A stretch of 64,000 bases of DNA, taken from positions 22,228 to 86,227 of IMG/VR virus record IMGVR_UViG_3300032046_000013. The stretch is one strand, 5' to 3'. The notes below the pieces were generated by a model, which saw only the letters and a list, made by a program, of their open reading frames with translations, was not told the origin of the DNA and did not search any database. Positions within the stretch are counted from its first letter, which is position 1. Each line of letters opens with the position of its first letter. Below are positions 56,469-64,000 of the stretch, one piece after another. Both the position numbers and the translations under genes were made by a program. Origin of the DNA: a virus.

Positions 56469-57701
56469 GTCAACCACCCATCCCCTGAAGGGGACGGGCT
56501 TGTAGCTCCCGAAGATCAGGATGTTGGATCGGGGCTACGATAGGCACATTGACTGGTGCCCGCGCCGCAATGTTGATCGCGGCATTGAGGTCAGCATGGA
56601 GAGTCAGACCGCAATGGACACATCGGAACTCAGATTGGGATCGGCGATTCGCCTTCTCGGTATGGCCGCAGGCAGAGCACTGGCGACTGGTGTTGCGCGG
56701 ATCAACCGCGATGACTGGGATACCCGCGAGTTTCGCCTTGTAGGAGATAAATTGCCGAAGTTCCGAAAATGCCCACTTCCCAAACCGTTCGCGGTCAGCC
56801 TTCCGAACCGTTGGCTGGAAACCTTTCAGGTTCTCCAGGGCAATGGCCCTGCCGGTGTCTTTGGCCGTGCGCACGATGGATTTGGAGATGCGGTGGTTTT
56901 CGTTACGCTTAAATCTTCGCTCCCGACCCGACGCCTTTTGCAAATGCCGCTTGGCCGAGCGGGAGCCGCAATGCTGGAGATTCTTTCTCAGTCGGTTGGC
57001 CCGGACTCGAACTCGGTTCACGGCTTTGCCGGAGAAAAACTGACCATCCGAGGTCGTGGCGATGTTGGACAACCCCAGGTCAATCCCGAGGGTTCCTTTG
57101 GGGTCTATCGGGGTTCCGTCCGGGACTTCGACGCAGATGCAGAGAAAGAATTTACCGCACTTGAACAGCAAGTCCGCTTGGCCCCGAACCATCTGCCTAT
57201 GCAGTTGAGCATAGGTTCCGCAGATCATGGGGAGCAGAATCCGACCATCCAAAGTCAAGATGCTCACCCGATCCAGGGCCTTGAACGAAAGGATGCGCTG
57301 GTCATAAACAATGGCCGAGAGTTCCTTGAACTGATGCTGTTTTTTCTTCTCGGCTTTGTAGGACTCCGAAACTTTGCCGATGGCCCGGACTGCCATCTGG
57401 GCGGACAAGCCAAACTGATCCCGGACTTCCCGGTAGGTTCGATGTTGGAGATGGACTTTGCCGAACCTCTGATCTGTCCAAGCGATGCCGGAAATATAGT
57501 TGCAAGCCCGGTTGAAGGCCCGGATCGTGCGAAGCAAGGATTCCCCTTGTTCCAGGGTCGGCAACAACTTCGTTTTGATCGTCAGGTTCATGCTACTCAT
57601 TGTATCCCAAGTTCAATAGGATGTCAAGAACTATTTTTCAGAAAGGAGATGGCCGATTCCTCCCCCCGCCTAAGGGCAGGGGGCTTCCTCGGCCAAACAC
57701 T
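56469..57701 (-). mobile_element. IS1341-like (TnpB-only) IS200/IS605 element
   Basis: The left end follows TTCAC with hairpin CCCCTGCCCTTAGGCGGGG. The right end is CAAGCCCGTCCCCTTCAGGGGATGGGTGGTTGAC. Confidence 0.85.
56470..57600 (-). CDS. tnpB: TnpB RNA-guided endonuclease
   Basis: GIDLGL, IALENL, TSRQCSACG, CVHCG and HADLNAAINI. The RuvC D-E-D triad is intact. Confidence 0.92.
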   Translation of the reverse strand: MSSMNLTIKTKLLPTLEQGESLLRTIRAFNRACNYISGIAWTDQRFGKVHLQHRTYREVRDQFGLSAQMAVRAIGKVSESYKAEKKKQHQFKELSAIVYDQRILSFKALDRVSILTLDGRILLPMICGTYAQLHRQMVRGQADLLFKCGKFFLCICVEVPDGTPIDPKGTLGIDLGLSNIATTSDGQFFSGKAVNRVRVRANRLRKNLQHCGSRSAKRHLQKASGRERRFKRNENHRISKSIVRTAKDTGRAIALENLKGFQPTVRKADRERFGKWAFSELRQFISYKAKLAGIPVIAVDPRNTSRQCSACGHTEKANRRSQSEFRCVHCGLTLHADLNAAINIAARAPVNVPIVAPIQHPDLRELQARPLQGMGG

Positions 57702-57897
57702 GTGAAAATTGGGGATCGTCCCGGCTCGGTAGGGGCAGACGAATTTTGATCGAACGGTTATTGAGCCGAAAAGCCACCATTGCATCTTTGCCTGAATAAA
57801 GATAGCCAAATCCATCGGCACCATAGCGAGTCAGCAACCGTTCGATCTCTGCTTTGGAACGATCAGACCCGACTCGGGTTTTTGAAGCATAGCGCAT
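57670..57897 (-). pseudogene. phage protein truncated at the TnpB element
   Basis: YASKTRV..DRSKAEIERLLTRYGA...IRLPLP runs into the element left end. Confidence 0.55.
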
Positions 57898-58628
57898 TAT
57901 CTGCTCCTCTGGAGTTTAGAAATCGCTCGGTCTCCTGGAAACTCCGACCATTCCTGGCCATCAAGGAGTCGGCCAGCCCCATGCGGACCCCATTGCTTGA
58001 AAAAGAACGGGATGTGGCGTTTAACACACGCATCCCGGATTTCTCTCACCCACTCGGGTTTGCACTCTCTGGCTCCTGGCCCGGATTCGCCGCCGACCAC
58101 TACCCAGTCCATGCCTTCCAAGGCATGGGGCGGAATCCGACTGAGCAGGGGTTCGAGCGAGAGCCAGCGCACGGTGGCGGGGATTTTCCGAAGGATGGCA
58201 ATGCGCGGAGCGTTCCGTCCGTTCTCGACCGTCACCCCCATCCAGATATTTTGCGGCCACCAGCGGAGATCACCCAGCATCTGTGTCCGTTCAGGCCGTT
58301 TGGTCAGGACTTGATAAGTGTGCCGATGGCACACGACCATCGTGTGCCAGACATCGAAAACAAATCCCGGATGCACGTCTTCGTGGAAAATGTCGCTCAT
58401 AGAACAGACAAAGACTCGACGCGGCTTTTTCCAGTCGTAGGGGATGTCCAGGGTGTCCGGGTGCATCCTGACCGCAAACCCATCTTTGTAGTGCACCTGT
58501 CCCATTGCCTGGAGCCGGTGAGCCATGCGCTCGGCATAACAGTTGGCACAACCCTCGCTAATCTTCGTGCAGCCGGTGACGGGGTTCCAGGTCGCGTTCG
58601 TCCACGCAATTTTTGATTTATCTGCCAT
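57897..58628 (-). CDS. phage Gp37/Gp68 (DUF5131) family protein
   Basis: IAWTNATWNPVTGCTKISEGCANCYA, FVCSMSDIFH, LTKRP, WVVVGGESG and FFFKQWG. Confidence 0.9.
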   Translation of the reverse strand: MADKSKIAWTNATWNPVTGCTKISEGCANCYAERMAHRLQAMGQVHYKDGFAVRMHPDTLDIPYDWKKPRRVFVCSMSDIFHEDVHPGFVFDVWHTMVVCHRHTYQVLTKRPERTQMLGDLRWWPQNIWMGVTVENGRNAPRIAILRKIPATVRWLSLEPLLSRIPPHALEGMDWVVVGGESGPGARECKPEWVREIRDACVKRHIPFFFKQWGPHGAGRLLDGQEWSEFPGDRAISKLQRSR

Positions 58629-58817
58629 GCTCTCTCCGCACCAAGGCGAATCCCCTCAATGGCATCAGCGGATGCAAGATCACTCGGAACTCCGCATCAC
58701 CGATCTGCACGATCTGCTCCCGTATCGGTTTTAGCAGTTTGTGCCAGCGGCGGAGTTCCGCCGTGTCGATCAGAAAGTCCCGATCACACTCGGTTCCAAA
58801 CTCCGTGCCGTCGTAGC

Positions 58818-59192
58818 TCACGCAAGCACTACGAATTCCACGGTCACGGGATTTACCTGATCCGGGTTCGTAATATACAAATTCGGATCGTCCATCTCCG
58901 GTGAGTCCTGATTGATCCACAGAAATAAGTCTCGGACCTTGATCTGTGGCCCGTAGCCGTCAAATAGCCGGACATAGACCTCGGCAGAAGCTCGGAGCAT
59001 CAGAAGTTGGAATTCTCCTGCCGTCTCGTCCAGGACATCCACCGGATGATCCGCCGCCGCCGCTGGAAGTGAGAATTCCCCAGCGGATTCCGCCGTCACG
59101 GTCATCTGATCAACCGCAAGCGAGATCGTCCGGGTTAACAGGGTGCCCGAATACCGACTGATTGCCCCATCTACTTTAACTATTTCGGCCAT
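58818..59192 (-). CDS. hypothetical beta-rich protein
   Basis: GGAGG RBS. It ends LYITNP...VTVEFVVLA. Confidence 0.55.
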   Translation of the reverse strand: MAEIVKVDGAISRYSGTLLTRTISLAVDQMTVTAESAGEFSLPAAAADHPVDVLDETAGEFQLLMLRASAEVYVRLFDGYGPQIKVRDLFLWINQDSPEMDDPNLYITNPDQVNPVTVEFVVLA

Positions 59193-59415
59193 TAGTTCCT
59201 CCTATTTGAGTTTTTTCTGAATCACCTCTCCGATGAGGTCACCCGCCAATTTTCGATGCGTTGGACAAAGCACGAGTTCGATTTCCAGGCTGTCATCATC
59301 TGGCTGCTGTTGATTCGTGTTGTAGCTGAGAAAGATTTGGAGCCAACGCCTGTTCATCGAGTTGGCCGAGACTTTACGCCCACAATGGGCGGCGTCACAT
59401 TGCTTGAGGTCCAAC

Positions 59416-59787
59416 TTACCCTCCTTCTGGACCCGAAAGGTCCTCCACTCGAGTTTTCTCCTGGTCGAACAGTGGACCGGGTTTGTCCAAAGTCCGAATC
59501 CGGTCCGAAATCTTATCGATCCGCTCGTCCAATTCGGCCAGAGTCTCATTCACGCTTTTGTTGTAGGTCCGCTTCGCATCCATTAGTTGCAATCGTTCCC
59601 GGATGACCCTTAGCAGTTCCTCCAACAGGGCTTCGCGTTTGGCCCGTTCCTCGGGTCCGAGCACATGCTTAACCACATCCTCGTCCTCGGCTAATTGCCG
59701 AAACACCGGATTGTCCAGGTCCCCGGGTCGCAATTCCGCGACGTTGCCACGGTATTCCACTGTCGTTTTCATCTTTTCCTCCGCCAT
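59416..59787 (-). CDS. hypothetical coiled-coil protein
   Basis: AAGGAG RBS before MAEEKMK. Confidence 0.5.
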   Translation of the reverse strand: MAEEKMKTTVEYRGNVAELRPGDLDNPVFRQLAEDEDVVKHVLGPEERAKREALLEELLRVIRERLQLMDAKRTYNKSVNETLAELDERIDKISDRIRTLDKPGPLFDQEKTRVEDLSGPEGG

Positions 59788-60152
59788 CAGCTTCTCCTTT
59801 TCTTTGCAATTCCTCCAATTCGTTTGCCCAAGTTCTCCCAAGATCGCCTGGGGTTGGTTCTCCGAAAAGCTTGGATGATATTCACGCTAGTTGCTTCGGC
59901 TTTGAACGAGAGTCGGAATGTCCAATTCGCAATCTTAGCTATGGATTTTGCAAATGCCTGGGCCTCTCGGAGATTCCGAAATCGATAACCATAATGGGGC
60001 ACGATCAGACCCGTGCCGATATGGGTGATGACCCAATCTGCATTATCGTTAAACATCCTACGATTGATCGCCAATCCTGGCACACCCGAATCGTAGGCCA
60101 TACCAGATTCTTGCCCGCCAGATCGCCGAACCGTAATCTGCATTTTAGTCAT
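59787..60152 (-). CDS. hypothetical protein
   Basis: GAGGT RBS. It contains PGLAINR...WVITHIGTGL. Confidence 0.5.
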   Translation of the reverse strand: MTKMQITVRRSGGQESGMAYDSGVPGLAINRRMFNDNADWVITHIGTGLIVPHYGYRFRNLREAQAFAKSIAKIANWTFRLSFKAEATSVNIIQAFRRTNPRRSWENLGKRIGGIAKKRRS

Positions 60153-60159
60153 TTGAACC

Positions 60160-60633
60160 TCATCTCATTCGAGAAACCACACCTGGAATCGAGAGCATCC
60201 ACACGATAGTATGCCCCTCCGCCGCGACCATCATCAGGATCATTTCTCCGCTAGTGTCCTGCCAGAAATAGCTACACGCATCGTAATCATAGTAGGTTGG
60301 AGAGTGAAAAGGATAAAGGCTTAAACTGTAGGCCAAGTGGTTTAACCCCTCACAGGTTTGGCGGTTCGTATAATGGGTGATCTCCGTTACTCCAAATAAT
60401 TCCCGAGTATCGGGCGTAAAAGAAAATATTACCACCCTTTTGCCAGACTGATTGGTGGTAATGTAGCGCACACTATTACGGTCAATCCATTCAAGTTTGT
60501 ATTTGGCTAAACATGCGGATTCGACTACGGCTTTCGGACTCATGCCCCATCGAGTGCAAAAATACCCATCTATTGGGCCAGCCCATACTGGATTGGCGAT
60601 GAGCACCAATAAAATGACTAGCAAACGTTTCAC
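60160..60633 (-). CDS. putative exported protein
   Basis: GTG start with a signal-peptide-like KRLLVILLVLIANPVWA and a GGAGG RBS. Confidence 0.5.
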   Translation of the reverse strand: MKRLLVILLVLIANPVWAGPIDGYFCTRWGMSPKAVVESACLAKYKLEWIDRNSVRYITTNQSGKRVVIFSFTPDTRELFGVTEITHYTNRQTCEGLNHLAYSLSLYPFHSPTYYDYDACSYFWQDTSGEMILMMVAAEGHTIVWMLSIPGVVSRMR

Positions 60634-61169
60634 AGTTTTTCCTCCCTTACGAATTCGTAAACCTGGACCTCTGGGTTCAAATGCCAAGCATAGTCCCATT
60701 TCTTTTGATGCTTACGTTTGCGGTAGATCGGGGCCACATTATCATCCGGGCTACGTGGGTGCGGACACATTTCTTTCGGGGCAGGTGGATACAAGGAATG
60801 CCACACAATTTTGAATACATCACAGTATCCTGTTTTGCCATTAGACATAAGTGTTGTCATTCCCTCTGCTTGGGCTTCGACCTCCGTAATCTCCTGCACT
60901 CGCTGAGTCCGCACCGCCGTGATCTTGATATAATACCGAGTCAACTTCCGGGGCATGAACATCGCGGGTTGTCGTCTCCATTTCTCCTCGTTGATATTAG
61001 GTATAGGGGAAAAAAGGCTTGCGAGTGATCTACGTTTCCACCATTGTTCTTTTACATACAGCACTTCCCCGACCTTATGGGGCCAATTCGAGATCATCCT
61101 CCGGGTCTGGGTCTTGCGGCCCTCAGCGATAGCCTGCACCATGTCTGGCTGAAACGAGATACCACGCAT
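60630..61169 (-). CDS. ASCH/PUA-like domain protein
   Basis: ISFQPDMVQAIAEGRKTQTRR, GEVLYVKE, PAMFMPR, AQAEG and NPEVQVYEF. Confidence 0.75.
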   Translation of the reverse strand: MRGISFQPDMVQAIAEGRKTQTRRMISNWPHKVGEVLYVKEQWWKRRSLASLFSPIPNINEEKWRRQPAMFMPRKLTRYYIKITAVRTQRVQEITEVEAQAEGMTTLMSNGKTGYCDVFKIVWHSLYPPAPKEMCPHPRSPDDNVAPIYRKRKHQKKWDYAWHLNPEVQVYEFVREEKL

Positions 61170-62017
61170 TATTCTGCCTCTCGCACATTAGCCTGGACAA
61201 ACGCACTGATGACGGCTTCCTGGATTGCCTGGACGATCAACTTAATTACTTTATGACGAAAAGGACGATCAGGCATCTCGCATTGGTCTGCCACATTTCG
61301 GGCGCGATCATCTGGTGTTGGGTGTAGAGCCAGCACTTCTTCCGCTGACTTTTGGGCAACCAATGATCTCTTGGATATCAGTTCCCGGATTGAAGGTAGA
61401 ACTTGGGTAACTTCTGTCGCGGCTTTCTCGGCCCATCTGATCTCAGCTTCAATAAGCATACCCAAGTTTGGACCATCTTTGGCAGGTTTGTATGAATTAT
61501 CCAGCTTCTTGAAAATCCGAGCCACACGGTCCTGTGGAGTCAGGGAACGACGTGGAGTATCGGAGAGAAAGCCAGGAATAGTCGGACCCAGTTTGTGCAG
61601 AGTTCCCAAACTTGGATCAACCGTGCTTTGCCTAATCGCATCAGAGACTTCGCCGATCTCCGATGATGACCATTTATGGGTGGCAATCACCGGGGGTTCC
61701 CACTCGGCCAACAGAGTCATTCCGATCAGCAAGTAATTCACTGCATCGGCAAAACGAGAAGTTAGGGACTCCGAAGCCAAGGTCCGAGTATTCACCCAAG
61801 TCTGGATCGCCATGATCTGTTTCATCAGGTATATCCACCATACATCCATCGCATCGAGACCCCGGCCTTGCATTGTCTCGGCCAATGCCTTAAAGTTCGA
61901 GTTCGCGTCGACTACCGAGAGTCCCGCGCAATAATCCCGGCCTTTGGTTTCCATGAGGGGAAAGCACTGAGTTTCCAGAAATGCCTTGATCAGTTTCAGC
62001 CGATCTTCGGAAGTCAT
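61169..62017 (-). CDS. hypothetical protein with N-terminal helical KGRDY domain (DUF1599-like)
   Basis: AAGGAAAGG RBS before MTSEDRL. It contains KGRDY...NF...SRFADAVNYL. Confidence 0.5.
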   Translation of the reverse strand: MTSEDRLKLIKAFLETQCFPLMETKGRDYCAGLSVVDANSNFKALAETMQGRGLDAMDVWWIYLMKQIMAIQTWVNTRTLASESLTSRFADAVNYLLIGMTLLAEWEPPVIATHKWSSSEIGEVSDAIRQSTVDPSLGTLHKLGPTIPGFLSDTPRRSLTPQDRVARIFKKLDNSYKPAKDGPNLGMLIEAEIRWAEKAATEVTQVLPSIRELISKRSLVAQKSAEEVLALHPTPDDRARNVADQCEMPDRPFRHKVIKLIVQAIQEAVISAFVQANVREAE

Positions 62018-62129
62018 AATTATCCTTTCCTTATGTCCTGGAAATTTTCGGGTGTCCAGAACACTTTCCAGCGATTTCGATGTCAACTACCCCTCCCCTA
62101 AAGGGGAAGGGCTTGTAGCAGAAGCGGAT

Positions 62130-62339
62130 CACGGCCCGGCATTCCGGGAACTCAGCCCGAACCTGCGTCAGTTCCTTTTGCTGATCCAGATAGCTGACCT
62201 TTTCCTGGTGCTGGTGTGCGAGTTTCCTCTGTTCCAGGGCCGCGTTATAAACCCGGCGACAAGCCTCCAACCAGGACTCCAACTGCACAACCTGATCGCC
62301 GTAGGGGTAGATTCGATATTGGTAAGTCAGTTTAGGCAT
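62130..62339 (-). pseudogene. tnpB: tnpB N-terminal remnant
   Basis: YQYRIYP...CRRVYNAALEQR...QQKELT, then an abrupt jump to the right end. Confidence 0.8.
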
Positions 62340-62745
62340 TCTGTTTCTGCCGCTTAATGTATTCGAGCACCACGGCCTGGGACATATCCCCGACCGATCC
62401 GATGTAGTAAGAAGGATTCCACAAGTGCTCGCTTCCCCTCATACCCCGTCGAAATCCAGGATTCTCGTAGAGGAAAATGCGGGAGGCCGCGCCTTTGAGA
62501 ATGCGAACGATGTTGGCCGGACTCATGGATGGCGGTGCACCCACGAAGCAATGCACATGATCGGCCATGACCTCTAACTGTTGCAGATCAAGCCGATGTG
62601 CCGTCGCAACTCGGTGTAAAACTTCCTGCATCTTCTGATCCCACGGGGATACCAACCATTGCCTCCGATACTTGGTGCACCATACAAGATGATAACCGAG
62701 CTTATAAACCGCATTGCAAGTGGACTTTTGCCCTTCCGACCTCAT
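62332..62745 (-). CDS. tnpA: IS200-family Y1 (HUH) transposase
   Basis: YHLVWCTKYRR, DHVHCFV, LKGAAS, LWNPSYY and YIKRQ. Confidence 0.92.
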   Translation of the reverse strand: MRSEGQKSTCNAVYKLGYHLVWCTKYRRQWLVSPWDQKMQEVLHRVATAHRLDLQQLEVMADHVHCFVGAPPSMSPANIVRILKGAASRIFLYENPGFRRGMRGSEHLWNPSYYIGSVGDMSQAVVLEYIKRQKQNA

Positions 62746-62800
62746 ACCATAATGATACCACGCTTGGAACCGGATATCAAGAATTATTTTTACCCCCTCT

Positions 62801-63280
62801 TCAAAGAGGGGGATCGTATGCCTCCTCAACCGCCTCGTTAACCAATTGGTCTGCCTCATCTAGTTTCGCTGGTCCCCAGGGGCCGTCTTTGTCCTCTGGG
62901 CTTGCTTCCGGGGTTGCAGGTTCGGAATCAAGGCCAATGTCTAAACCCAAGTTTTTCAACCTCGCTTGATGCAGGTTGCTTGGACCGAAGTCGGGCAATC
63001 CCGGTAACGCTTCAAGGAGAGCTTCGGTTAGCGGGTCTGGTGGTTTACTTTCAGAATCAAAAACATTATGTTTTTCCAATAGATGCCAGACAAATAATAT
63101 GGATGTCAACCCCCCAAATAATACTACCACGCCTATTTCTAATTTGGTATTGAAGTCCATTATTTTAACCTTATCCAAGCCTTTACTGGCTAGATTCCAA
63201 AGAGCTATCAATGTTGCCGGGAATGCTAGTATGCCATCTATTGCGGCAATCCACGATAGCCATGCTGGTGGTCTTTTCAT
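62801..63280 (-). CDS. membrane protein with two TM segments, low GC
   Basis: Two hydrophobic stretches. The C-terminus runs into the IS left end. Confidence 0.45.
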   Translation of the reverse strand: MKRPPAWLSWIAAIDGILAFPATLIALWNLASKGLDKVKIMDFNTKLEIGVVVLFGGLTSILFVWHLLEKHNVFDSESKPPDPLTEALLEALPGLPDFGPSNLHQARLKNLGLDIGLDSEPATPEASPEDKDGPWGPAKLDEADQLVNEAVEEAYDPPL

Positions 63281-63529
63281 CTTTCCTCACCCCCACTTGC
63301 GAATGAGGAAAACTACCACAAAGCCGCACCAGTTTCAACTTTTCACCCCCTGCTTTGCTAAATACATAATTCCGTTCCATAATATATCTATCCTGTGCTT
63401 TCCTTGAATTTCCATTTGAAGATGAACCAATCTCAAGTTCATTATTCATCGGCAGATTGCTCGACAAGTTGGGGATCACCCTCAACTTCCGCGCCTTTTC
63501 TCAGTTGGGCAGTAGTGATCTGCAGAATC

Positions 63530-64000
63530 TCAATCAGTCGCTGGATGTTCATCATCCGCTCCTTCCTCGGCTCCACGGAATTGGAACCATGTTTCTTGCT
63601 TCTTCACCACCAGTTTCTCCACGGCTTCCCACAGAGACTTATTGCCTTTGCACAAGCGTTTCAAATCCGTGACGCTCATGCCTAGCGAATCCCAAAGCCG
63701 AGTCCGATCCACGCCCTGGGCGATTAGCATCTCGACCACGATTTGAACATCCCGGACACTTTTTTTCTCATGGAGGAAAAATCCCAGGGTTTCGTTCCCG
63801 ACCTGAATTGAACCTCCAAGTTCGACCTCGGTTTTCAATTCGGCCCTTAATCGATTCACCGCCTGTTCCAGGACTTTTAACTGTCCAGCCCTAGCTACTC
63901 GGTCTCCCGTTTTTTCCAAGGTTTTGGGGCAATCCACGGGGAACCGACACCGCTGGCAGACCCTCCCGGGCTGGGGTAGCCACCCTGCCATCGCCTGAAT
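63530..64000 (-). CDS. C-terminal part of a PD-(D/E)XK (Cas4/RecB-like) nuclease, partial
   Basis: PQPGRVCQRCRFPVDCP Cys cluster followed by a coiled coil. The start lies outside the window. Confidence 0.5.
   Translation of the reverse strand: MQAMAGWLPQPGRVCQRCRFPVDCPKTLEKTGDRVARAGQLKVLEQAVNRLRAELKTEVELGGSIQVGNETLGFFLHEKKSVRDVQIVVEMLIAQGVDRTRLWDSLGMSVTDLKRLCKGNKSLWEAVEKLVVKKQETWFQFRGAEEGADDEHPATD

Larger units (their letters stand above)
62082..62820 (-). mobile_element. IS200/IS605 element with tnpA and internally deleted tnpB
   Basis: Right end AAGCCCTTCCCCTTTAGGGGAGGGGTAGTTGAC and left hairpin CCCCCTCTTTGAAGAGGGGG. The left boundary is approximate. Confidence 0.8.

Noticed and set aside
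57897-62017. DNA hypermodification cluster (Gp37/Gp68, ASCH, DUF1599-like)
   Set aside because: These families are common in phage early regions, and no base-modifying pathway enzymes are recognisable here.
1-64000. Stop-codon reassignment explaining the split or overlapping genes
   Set aside because: Core genes are full length under the standard code, and TAA, TAG and TGA all serve as coupled stops.
1-64000. Prophage boundaries or host genes
   Set aside because: No integrase, att pair, rRNA or housekeeping genes are seen, so lifestyle and host cannot be assigned from this window.

Overview
This window is part of a large tailed-phage genome with a contractile tail, and almost all genes lie on the minus strand. 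Read in transcription order (right to left), it begins with an early/replication region (about 46.6-64 kb) holding an IS200/IS605 TnpA with a deleted tnpB, a TnpB element, an HTH regulator, an AAA ATPase, a replication initiator and three DNA methyltransferase loci. The late region follows: TerS, a large terminase split into separate ATPase and nuclease genes, about 15 kb of large acidic mosaic proteins, and an intein-containing portal. A 5.4-kb inverted accessory island carrying a fourth methyltransferase comes next, then prohead protease, scaffold, decoration protein, major capsid protein, neck genes, two IsrB (OMEGA) elements, tail sheath and tail tube. The best candidate for an undescribed system is the block between terminase and portal. 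It looks like a modular head-cargo polyprotein array: small domains are joined by recurring basic K-x-(A/G/S) linkers that also occur in the scaffold, capsid and protease. One module is a near-identical 272-bp copy of a free-standing early gene, and several linkers are duplicated at DNA level. Other notable points are a 49-bp late-promoter-like repeat heading both late operons and IsrB elements inserted exactly at start codons. All product calls come from motif recognition and gene order by eye. No database searches were run, and start codons are best estimates.
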